A DNA stretch of 45,237 nucleotides from the UHGV virus genome UHGV-1373231; one strand, written 5' to 3'. Under the pieces are notes generated by a model. The model saw only the letters and a list, made by a program, of their open reading frames with translations, was not told where the DNA came from and searched no databases. The position numbers were made by a program, and so were the translations under genes. Each line of letters begins with the position of its first letter. Position 1 is the first letter of the stretch. Below, piece after piece: positions 38,428 through 45,237 of the stretch. This DNA is from a virus.

Positions 38428-39738
38428 TTATAAGCCCATTGCCTTTGCTCGGCTAATATTCTTCTTAATATTGACGTTCGTTCTGTTATTTCTAGGGAAA
38501 TGGAATTCTTCTAGGCTATATCTCAATGCATCCATTAAGTGGTTATTTGCATCTATCGGTTTATTTAACCAATTACCGTCCTTGTCTTGGTCGAATGTAT
38601 AAGTGTTTAATTCTTCTATCGTATGTTCACATGTTGGGTGTACATATATTTTGAAACCTTGTATGAACTGAACACCTTGCATGATAGATCCTTGCCCTTT
38701 AATAGATGGTTTGAGATTAGAAATGCCTTTACGTTTAATCTCTGTTATCAATCGCTTCTCTGCACTATCTGCAATTATCTTTGCGTTTTTCAGTCCTTTA
38801 TCAAGATACATTTGATATATCTCATCAGTCAGCATACCTCTTTGATAATGCTCATCGTATATCCACAACTCTTTATTCTGTATATCAACAATAGTGCTGA
38901 TAAGTGTTGTAGGATCTTGAGTGAACCCAAAGTCACTGCCATGAGCCACAACTTGCTTTTCTTTCAATTTCTTAACCCAGTCAAACTCCTTAACCTCGAA
39001 ATTCTCAAACACCAGCCCTTCTGCTACTCCCCAATCTCCATCACAAACAATTCTTGCACGTCTTGGGTTTGTTCTATACAAGTCCTCATAACGCGCAATA
39101 TCGACCTCATCAAGCCATTCATTTACTCGATAGGTTGTTGTATATGAAAATGTGTTGTTCAACTTAGTATCTTCGTCAAAGAATGTAGGTTTAAGCCAAT
39201 GTCTCTCACTCCAGGGGTTGAATGTGACCGTTATCTGTTTGAAAAATTCAGAATCATCAATAGAACCACGTATAGATTCGACAACTGTACTAAATTTATC
39301 GAACGTTTCTATCTGATAGGCTTCTTCAAACCAGGCCCAACATAGTATGCCATTTTCTACTGTTATAGATGTTATTTTCAGAGGATCATCAAGGCCTCTA
39401 AATAATATCTTCTGGCCAGTGGGTTTGTAAGTAATCTCTGGTAAACTATCGTTAAACTTAAATAAGTGGGTTACTCCCAATTGGTTAGTAGCCCACTTCA
39501 AGTCTGTATATGTTGATTGCTTATTCGTATTACTGAAACGTCTGACTACAAGCAAGTTAGCCCACTCATACTCCATTAATCTGTATATAAAGTTTAACGC
39601 AGTCGTCTTAGACTTCTTACTCCCACGACTACCTTTCACTACTCGATAAAAGTTTTTGTTGTGCCAGAACTCGTTGTACCCGCTACCGATTGTTTTTGTA
39701 ACACTTAATTTTTTATCAGTCATGGGCTGGCACATCAT
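38428..39738 (-). CDS. terL: terminase large subunit
   Basis: Motif VVKGSRGSKKSKTTA. A nuclease domain follows with conserved acidic residues. Confidence 0.85.
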   Translation of the reverse strand: MMCQPMTDKKLSVTKTIGSGYNEFWHNKNFYRVVKGSRGSKKSKTTALNFIYRLMEYEWANLLVVRRFSNTNKQSTYTDLKWATNQLGVTHLFKFNDSLPEITYKPTGQKILFRGLDDPLKITSITVENGILCWAWFEEAYQIETFDKFSTVVESIRGSIDDSEFFKQITVTFNPWSERHWLKPTFFDEDTKLNNTFSYTTTYRVNEWLDEVDIARYEDLYRTNPRRARIVCDGDWGVAEGLVFENFEVKEFDWVKKLKEKQVVAHGSDFGFTQDPTTLISTIVDIQNKELWIYDEHYQRGMLTDEIYQMYLDKGLKNAKIIADSAEKRLITEIKRKGISNLKPSIKGQGSIMQGVQFIQGFKIYVHPTCEHTIEELNTYTFDQDKDGNWLNKPIDANNHLMDALRYSLEEFHFPRNNRTNVNIKKNISRAKAMGL

Positions 39739-40081
39739 TTATGAAAGTTGGAGTGATTACTTCTGCCTCAACTTTATCAGTAGGTTTATGTCCTGTTCTG
39801 TCTAAGATGTCACTTGCTGCGTTATACCTAACTAACTCACTTTTAGCAGTCAGTAAATTTTCCATTGTCTTAATCGCTTTACCCGTCAATCCTTTTAGTA
39901 GATTACGTTCAGCATTAAGCAATTCTTCTTGAAATTCCGCATTCCTTTTCCAATTCGATATGGTTTGTCTAGCTACGTTTAACTCCCTAGCTATTTCATT
40001 CTGGTTTAAATTCTTCTCAACCATTAATACTATGGCTTTATTTTGTTTTGAAGTCAGCAATAAAATCACCTCCGATGTCAA
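39716..40081 (-). CDS. terS: terminase small subunit
   Basis: HTH motif LNQNEIARELNVARQTISNW. It overlaps the terL start. Confidence 0.65.
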   Translation of the reverse strand: MTSEVILLLTSKQNKAIVLMVEKNLNQNEIARELNVARQTISNWKRNAEFQEELLNAERNLLKGLTGKAIKTMENLLTAKSELVRYNAASDILDRTGHKPTDKVEAEVITPTFINDVPAHD

Positions 40082-40135
40082 AATTGGTCAAAGTTTTATA
40101 CACTCATATCACACGTTTTAAATGTCATATCAGCA

Positions 40136-40170
40136 TACAAAAACCTACCCGACTTTTCTATCGGATAGGT
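40136..40170 (-). terminator. rho-independent terminator between the rinA-region genes and terS
   Basis: ACCUAUCCGA-loop-UCGGGUAGGU stem followed by UUUUUGU. Confidence 0.5.
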
Positions 40171-40280
40171 TCATAGGAGAAAAATTATGTTCGATCATTT
40201 GAAAGGAATAAAAATAGAAAGGTTTACATGAGGTAAGTCGTTTAATAACTTACACTATCATAATAACAGTGTTAGTGACG

Positions 40281-40547
40281 TTATTTTTCCAGATTTTTTC
40301 CAAACGGTCCAACAGTTAATCGAAAAACTGGATAGTCGTTGTTTGGAAATTGTGATAATTGATAGTTACCAGCTTTTACTACTTTTAATTCTACTCTTTC
40401 GGCGAATGCTTCTAAAATACTTTTAGCTTTCTTCCCTTCTTCTAACATTTCATCATCTTTTATTTGAACAATAATACCAATATTGCCTACATATTCTCCT
40501 TCTTTTATTTTTGTTGATATTGCTTCTAAAATCTCTATAGCTTTCAT
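40281..40547 (-). CDS. hypothetical protein (88 aa)
   Basis: ORF. Confidence 0.4.
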   Translation of the reverse strand: MKAIEILEAISTKIKEGEYVGNIGIIVQIKDDEMLEEGKKAKSILEAFAERVELKVVKAGNYQLSQFPNNDYPVFRLTVGPFGKNLEK

Positions 40548-40557
40548 ATCCTCACTC

Positions 40558-40977
40558 CTAATGCATAATACCTAACTCATCTGCCAATCTAATAAGTATT
40601 TCTTTCCTTAACTCATAAGCTGTTGATTTACTCACACATATTTCTTGAGCAACACCAGTAAGGTTTAATGTTCTCGGCTTTTTAAAGTAATATATATCCA
40701 TGAGTTGTTGACTTTCTTCACTGCTTGTTTGGTATACAATATCTATAGCAGACTTCATTCTAGCTAACTGAGATAAACGTCTATCATTCACTACACGCGT
40801 TGCTTTTATCTCCGTGACACTAACGTTACTATGCACTCTATCTCCACCAATATTAGTGTCAGTGGGTTGCCAAGGGTTCAACACTTCTTCTCTCACACGT
40901 TGGATATCTTTATCTATATGCCTATAATTGCTTAATTCACTTTCTAAATAGCGTTGCGTTGATTTTCTTAATCCCAT
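40558..40977 (-). CDS. rinA: RinA-family late-gene transcriptional activator
   Basis: MGLRKSTQRYLESELSNYRHIDKDIQRVREEVLNPW... matches RinA/ArpU. Confidence 0.7.
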   Translation of the reverse strand: MGLRKSTQRYLESELSNYRHIDKDIQRVREEVLNPWQPTDTNIGGDRVHSNVSVTEIKATRVVNDRRLSQLARMKSAIDIVYQTSSEESQQLMDIYYFKKPRTLNLTGVAQEICVSKSTAYELRKEILIRLADELGIMH

Positions 40978-40979
40978 GC

Positions 40980-41120
40980 TTACCCTCCATTCTCCAACTT
41001 ATCTTTAAGTGTCTTGATCTCATACTCTTTCACTTCTAACTGATGTTTTAGATCATTCTGTTCAAGTATAGAGCCAAATAGTAGTAAAACTAATATAATG
41101 ATTGCTATTACGCCCCACAT
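40980..41120 (-). CDS. small TM + coiled-coil protein (46 aa), not in the ORF track
   Basis: RBS GAGGTGG lies 7 nt before ATG 41120. The protein is MWGVIAIIILVLLLFGSIL... Confidence 0.4.
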   Translation of the reverse strand: MWGVIAIIILVLLLFGSILEQNDLKHQLEVKEYEIKTLKDKLENGG

Positions 41121-41506
41121 TGTTTGACCACCTCTAAATTAGGTTTGTGTTCTAGTACACGTCCGTTAAAACTACATGCATCTTCTTTAGCTGAATATAA
41201 ATCGTCGTAAGATAAAGCTTCAAATACATTGTCAGTGATTATGCATGTGTTTCCATAACTACCTATATATTTTTTCACTAAATATACTCCTTTTTTTAAC
41301 TCAACCACGTATTTGCCTATGTTGTTTTTATTATCCTTATTTTTCAACCAAGATACCTCTCTTTCTAAATGTAACTTATCTAATTGCAATCCATGTTTAT
41401 CTTCCTGTAACTCATTAACTCTTTTCTCTGCTTTAATCCACTTATATATAGCAAAAATACACAGTACTAACACAATTATTACCGATGAAAAACTTATCCA
41501 AATCAC
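41108..41506 (-). CDS. membrane-anchored protein (132 aa)
   Basis: N-terminal TM helix plus a coiled coil. Confidence 0.45.
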   Translation of the reverse strand: MIWISFSSVIIVLVLCIFAIYKWIKAEKRVNELQEDKHGLQLDKLHLEREVSWLKNKDNKNNIGKYVVELKKGVYLVKKYIGSYGNTCIITDNVFEALSYDDLYSAKEDACSFNGRVLEHKPNLEVVKQCGA

Positions 41507-41507
41507 A

Positions 41508-41708
41508 TTAATAACCTCCTAAAATCCCAAAATATAAAAAGTGTAAAAATAGCAAGATAGAAAGTAAAAACATGGTAACGGAAAACCCAATCGTTACATA
41601 TTCCTTGTATTTAATCCCTTCAACAAAAAGATATATTATAAATATCTCCATTAAAACAAAGACTATAGACAATGTTATAATTGTAATCATATATATAATT
41701 TCACCCAA
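41508..41708 (-). CDS. small two-TM membrane protein
   Basis: Hydrophobic throughout. Confidence 0.4.
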   Translation of the reverse strand: MGEIIYMITIITLSIVFVLMEIFIIYLFVEGIKYKEYVTIGFSVTMFLLSILLFLHFLYFGILGGY

Positions 41709-41711
41709 TAT

Positions 41712-41882
41712 TTAATAACCTCCGTATATGCCGTTTAAATGAGCGTGGTCGTTTTCGTCAAAGTCCTTAGGCACTTCCACCTCATCATTAGCAGTTAACT
41801 TATAATACAACTCTCTACCAATCCATTTACCTAACTCATACATAGCGATAGTAAACCAAATCTTTAATATGCGTTTAATCAA
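41712..41882 (-). CDS. small hypothetical protein (56 aa, TTG start), not in the ORF track
   Basis: GGAG lies 8 nt upstream of the TTG start. Confidence 0.3.
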   Translation of the reverse strand: MIKRILKIWFTIAMYELGKWIGRELYYKLTANDEVEVPKDFDENDHAHLNGIYGGY

Positions 41883-41887
41883 CCTTT

Positions 41888-42085
41888 TCACTCCTTATTC
41901 AACTTATTGTTTTCGAATTTCTTTCTTTTGCGTTCTTCAAACTCTTTGCGTTTGTTTCTAGTATTTTTTGCAGCTTTTTTATACTTTCTTTCTTGTTCGT
42001 GATTTCTTAAATATACTTTCAATATCATTATTACGTTAATAATTAATAGAAATAAGGATATTGCAATTACAATAAAGTTCGCCAC
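41888..42085 (-). CDS. small TM protein with a poly-basic tail
   Basis: FIVIAISLFLLIINVIMIL followed by a K/R/E-rich tail. Confidence 0.4.
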   Translation of the reverse strand: MANFIVIAISLFLLIINVIMILKVYLRNHEQERKYKKAAKNTRNKRKEFEERKRKKFENNKLNKE

Positions 42086-42100
42086 TACTTCATCACCTCT

Positions 42101-42304
42101 TTACTCTTTATTTTTAAATTTCAAAGTCACTACATCTCTAAAATGTTGATTTCTTGTATGAGTTTCTGAAAGTTTATAATTAGTTATCATTTCAATAACT
42201 TCATAATCTACTAGGTTCAGACGAGATATGTGAATATTAGTTTCATCTTTTCCGTCAAATAATCTTTTTAATATCTTTATTGTCGGTTGTTCAAAGCCTT
42301 TCAC
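42101..42304 (-). CDS. hypothetical protein (67 aa)
   Basis: ORF. Confidence 0.4.
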   Translation of the reverse strand: MKGFEQPTIKILKRLFDGKDETNIHISRLNLVDYEVIEMITNYKLSETHTRNQHFRDVVTLKFKNKE

Positions 42305-42343
42305 TTCCCCAGCACCTCTTTTACTCTTTCTAATATATCTTTC

Positions 42344-42871
42344 TTACACGTAGCCTTTATCTTTGTCTGCTGTTCCATCTTGTCTTGCATGATTATGCTC
42401 CATTTTCTTTTTGTATGCGTCAATAAGTTGGTTGATAGAGTAGTGTACTTTTCCAATAGCTAAAACTAAATGCAATGGTGTAATTATTTTCTTTTCATTC
42501 ACTAAATTATTAATTTCAGTTAAAAACGTTTTAGTATAATCTTTATCATAAAAATCAAATGCGTTTTCGTATTTTAAGGCATTAATCTTATCCACAACTT
42601 CATGAGAATGTTTTTCTTCAATGTTCCTTTGATTTGCAATACTCAATCCAAAGGCCAACATATCTGCCAACTCGTCTAATTGAACATCTAATGGCTTACC
42701 TGGTTTCTTCTTCCAATTCTTGAACGTTTCTAATGTGTTAAACCATTCAAAAAACTCAACAACATAGGCAATTCTGCTATCCTGTAAATTAAGTGTCGGT
42801 ATTCTACTGTCAAAGTCCTTTTGTATTTGTAATAATTCTTCTAATTGATCTACTGTTAATGCGTTAGTCAT
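42344..42871 (-). CDS. dut: dimeric (all-alpha) dUTPase
   Basis: MTNALTVDQLEELLQIQKDFDSRIPTLNL...YVVEFFEWFNTLETFKNWKKKPGKPLDVQLDELADMLAFGLSIANQ. Confidence 0.7.
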   Translation of the reverse strand: MTNALTVDQLEELLQIQKDFDSRIPTLNLQDSRIAYVVEFFEWFNTLETFKNWKKKPGKPLDVQLDELADMLAFGLSIANQRNIEEKHSHEVVDKINALKYENAFDFYDKDYTKTFLTEINNLVNEKKIITPLHLVLAIGKVHYSINQLIDAYKKKMEHNHARQDGTADKDKGYV

Positions 42872-43061
42872 TTATTGTTCCTCCATTTTCTACTAAACTC
42901 TTTGAATTACTTTCTACTATCTTGTCGTACAACTTTGCTTTGCGATACACCTCGTTAAGCTCTTTGATTAACAAACACCCGTCATGCCCTGTAAAAGCTG
43001 TAGAGGATACTATGCAACGTTGGATAAATTCTCTATTGTCCATTGCAAGCCTCCAAATCAC
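42864..43061 (-). CDS. hypothetical protein
   Basis: ORF. Confidence 0.35.
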   Translation of the reverse strand: MIWRLAMDNREFIQRCIVSSTAFTGHDGCLLIKELNEVYRKAKLYDKIVESNSKSLVENGGTIND

Positions 43062-43290
43062 TTAATAAATTTTGAAACTCATGTGTCCCGTCTAGTTGGT
43101 CCATATATTTTAAATCTCGAATTAATTCGTTTTTACTTACCATTGCATTAGCTATCTGAAATAACTGATATTGATTGTTTGGTGTTATTATTTGATTTAC
43201 TGAGCGATGTACTTTCACATATTCTTGTAATTTCTTTTCTTTCAACTCTAGCCAAGCGCGTTTATAATCTTTATCTCTCATTGTTTGCAC
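43033..43290 (-). CDS. hypothetical protein (85 aa)
   Basis: ORF. Confidence 0.4.
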   Translation of the reverse strand: MQTMRDKDYKRAWLELKEKKLQEYVKVHRSVNQIITPNNQYQLFQIANAMVSKNELIRDLKYMDQLDGTHEFQNLLSDLEACNGQ

Positions 43291-43297
43291 TCTCCTT

Positions 43298-43828
43298 TTA
43301 ATCTATATGTTTCCAAGAACGTTTCATTTTCACGTCTCTAATTGATTGCTTTGAAACATTAAACATTATTGATAGCTCTCTAACTGTTTTTGAACTTTCT
43401 CTTATATATTTAACTCTATCTACAGTTAGTTTGGATGAGTGTTGTCTTTCTCCTCTAGCTACGTTAGCCAAACCGTGTTTATGTGCATGAATAGAATTTT
43501 CGGTAGGTGTTGACCATTCCAAATTTTCTAAATTTGAATTTTGTTTATTACCATCTATATGATTTACATATGCTTTATTTAGCGGATTTGGAAGAAATGC
43601 TATTGCTACAATTCTATGAACTAAATATCGTTTGCATTTTCCATTTATACATAAACTGACCATCGGATAACCTCTATTGCCTACATATTGTGATATAGGT
43701 TTACTTTTCAATTTCATTAAGCTCGTACTGCGTTTTATACTTCTATCAATGCTTTTGATATTTCCTAAATTGCTAACTTGATAAAGTCCTTCATATCCTT
43801 TTATATCTTTCCAATACTCTTCCGCCAT
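43298..43828 (-). CDS. NUMOD4 + HNH homing endonuclease
   Basis: NUMOD4 motif YEGLYQVSNLGNIKS. HNH motif LVHRIVAIAFLPNP...VNHIDGNKQNSNLENLEW. Confidence 0.7.
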   Translation of the reverse strand: MAEEYWKDIKGYEGLYQVSNLGNIKSIDRSIKRSTSLMKLKSKPISQYVGNRGYPMVSLCINGKCKRYLVHRIVAIAFLPNPLNKAYVNHIDGNKQNSNLENLEWSTPTENSIHAHKHGLANVARGERQHSSKLTVDRVKYIRESSKTVRELSIMFNVSKQSIRDVKMKRSWKHID

Positions 43829-43830
43829 TC

Positions 43831-44184
43831 CTATCCCTCATTCCATTTCGAATTTTCTTTCAATAGCCCTGCATTTCTTAACTCATCATTCAAACTACGT
43901 TGCCCGTCCTCGTACCACACATTAGCTAGGTATCTACCAAACACATCACTCTTGTAGGTCTGAACGTATATATCTTTGTTTTCTACACATGATCTAGTTA
44001 ATGCTGTTGCCTCTTTATAATTCTCTTGTCCTCTCTCTGGCGTATCGACACCTAGCAAACGCACGCGACGTTTAGCATAGGTATCAAAGCCACAGTCCAG
44101 TAAAATATCTATCGTATCCCCGTCAACAACATTGGTGCATGTTGCTTTGTATGTGTATAAGTTGTTGATGTCTATCGTGAACAC
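43831..44184 (-). CDS. SNase (thermonuclease)-like nuclease
   Basis: VVDGDTIDIL...RVRLLGVDTPERGQ carries SNase catalytic-site signatures. Confidence 0.6.
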   Translation of the reverse strand: MFTIDINNLYTYKATCTNVVDGDTIDILLDCGFDTYAKRRVRLLGVDTPERGQENYKEATALTRSCVENKDIYVQTYKSDVFGRYLANVWYEDGQRSLNDELRNAGLLKENSKWNEG

Positions 44185-44187
44185 TCC

Positions 44188-44586
44188 TTAATCTACTAAT
44201 TTTCCGTTTTCCCATATTCGAGTTATAGTTGAATCATCATTCAACATATAGAAAACTTGCGGTCTATATCTGGTAATAGACAATCTTTCGTTTATGCTAG
44301 TGTTATAGAAAACTGAAGTGTGTGGTATATTTTTATCAATAATAACTATTTCTACTAAATTATCAATTTCAGTTTTTTCTGTAACTTCTTTTTCGACTTC
44401 TATACGAAAATTAGTTTCAGGGTATATAAAATTTTTATTATCAAACGTAATACTTCCTAAACTACCAACGATAACCTTTGTTGATCCGTCTTTCGCTAAA
44501 TATTCTTTAGGTTGATAACTTGTGTTTTTGATATGATTTATTAACTCTGCAAAATCAAATTCCTTTGTCACTTTAATTTTAACCAT
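44188..44586 (-). CDS. hypothetical protein, paralog of 2062..2487
   Basis: Both have the MVKIKV N-terminus and the ...TRIWENGKLVD C-terminus. Confidence 0.5.
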   Translation of the reverse strand: MVKIKVTKEFDFAELINHIKNTSYQPKEYLAKDGSTKVIVGSLGSITFDNKNFIYPETNFRIEVEKEVTEKTEIDNLVEIVIIDKNIPHTSVFYNTSINERLSITRYRPQVFYMLNDDSTITRIWENGKLVD

Positions 44587-44604
44587 TCATAATGCACTCC
44601 TTAT

Positions 44605-44784
44605 TTATTGATTAGGTAATCCGTAACTCATTAACTCGTTATATAATATGTCATCTTGTAATTCACTTATTAAATTGCTTACTTCTTTATGCGTCATAGC
44701 TTTTATTTCTTTACGACTATAATCGGTAAGTGACGTTTGTCCTTGCAAACTACAAACGTATTCAACTTGTTTATCTGTTGCCAT
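44605..44784 (-). CDS. small hypothetical protein (~59 aa), not in the ORF track
   Basis: ATG at 44784 with AGGGAG ~10 nt upstream. Confidence 0.3.
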   Translation of the reverse strand: MATDKQVEYVCSLQGQTSLTDYSRKEIKAMTHKEVSNLISELQDDILYNELMSYGLPNQ

Positions 44785-44992
44785 TCCTTATACACTCCCT
44801 GTTCTTTTTAATATCGTTCTCACTAACTTTCATCGTCACTCTGTTTCCTGCTATCTTAACCACAAAGCCTTTGACACCTAACTTGCGTAATTCCTGTTGT
44901 ATCTGGGTAGGTGTCTTGCCTTGTGTGTTGTATTTGTATCTTTGTTTGATAGTCGAGGATAATTCTAATGTGCTAGTTGTCATTTTCATCAT
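44771..44992 (-). CDS. hypothetical protein (73 aa)
   Basis: ORF. Confidence 0.4.
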   Translation of the reverse strand: MMKMTTSTLELSSTIKQRYKYNTQGKTPTQIQQELRKLGVKGFVVKIAGNRVTMKVSENDIKKNRECIRNGNR

Positions 44993-45215
44993 CGTTTACA
45001 TATAAGTCTTTGAATATATCTTTATCTGTTTTTAAACAAGTAATATTACCACCGGTTACTTGTACGTTTAATTTCCTTTCGCCATCTCCATCTTCTTCTA
45101 ATCCAATTTGCATATAAGCAGATGGAGTTTGTAGTAAATATGTTTCATTTTCTAAATCTAATTTTTTTCCTATTTTTTCTTTAATTTCTTTAACTGCTTG
45201 TTCTACACAATCCAT
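44973..45215 (-). CDS. hypothetical protein (80 aa)
   Basis: RBS AAGGAGA upstream. Confidence 0.45.
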   Translation of the reverse strand: MDCVEQAVKEIKEKIGKKLDLENETYLLQTPSAYMQIGLEEDGDGERKLNVQVTGGNITCLKTDKDIFKDLYVNDDENDN

Positions 45216-45237
45216 ATCATCGTCTCCTTTTTTCTAT

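Noticed and set aside
38623-39147. 174-aa plus-strand ORF antisense to terL
   Set aside because: It lies inside the conserved terminase large subunit gene.
40186-40230. Plus-strand 14-aa ORF with an AGGAGA RBS in the terS-upstream gap
   Set aside because: It is too short and unconserved-looking. The region is better explained as a minus-strand terminator plus the late (RinA-dependent) promoter.
1-45237. Bacterial chromosome flanks, or an integrated prophage with attL/attR
   Set aside because: There are no host-like genes. The lysin-attP-int junction is contiguous and the gene order wraps across the window ends, which indicates an excised or circular phage genome.

Overview
This window is a low-GC temperate siphovirus genome of the Staphylococcus type, with a phi11/80alpha-like gene order, circularly permuted and apparently not integrated. 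Almost all genes lie on the minus strand. Reading downward, the early region runs from cro (9583) through antirepressor, Gp157, Sak4 ATPase, SSB-like, DnaD-like and DnaC-like genes, DUF1064, DUF3310 and an HNH gene at position 1. It seems to continue across the window ends into a nuclease and accessory region (45215-43298), a dimeric dUTPase, a cluster of small membrane proteins and RinA (to 40558). The late operon (40081 to 13577) carries TerS, TerL, portal, head morphogenesis, scaffold, capsid, head-tail, major tail, G/GT chaperones, tape measure, Dit/tail/baseplate proteins, a CHAP-glucosaminidase tail hydrolase, a collagen-like fibre, XkdX, holin and a CHAP-amidase_3-SH3b endolysin. On the plus strand, 9736-13297 is an ICEBs1-like immR-immA-accessory-int operon. 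It encodes a short XRE repressor, an ImmA-like peptidase, a DUF4041+T5orf172 protein and a TP901-1-like large serine integrase, followed by a 48-bp attP-like inverted repeat. The most unusual features are a 245-nt ORF-less group I intron splitting the tail hydrolase gene, and a 1007-nt group I intron with its own promoter and endonuclease gene splitting an HK97-gp10-like gene. The integrase also carries a 5-bp tandem duplication that shifts its N-terminal frame. There is an iteron-rich candidate origin inside the DnaD-like gene, two tail proteins with cell-wall hydrolase domains, three homing endonucleases, and several unannotated small ORFs under 60 aa. No tRNA, rRNA or CRISPR array was found.
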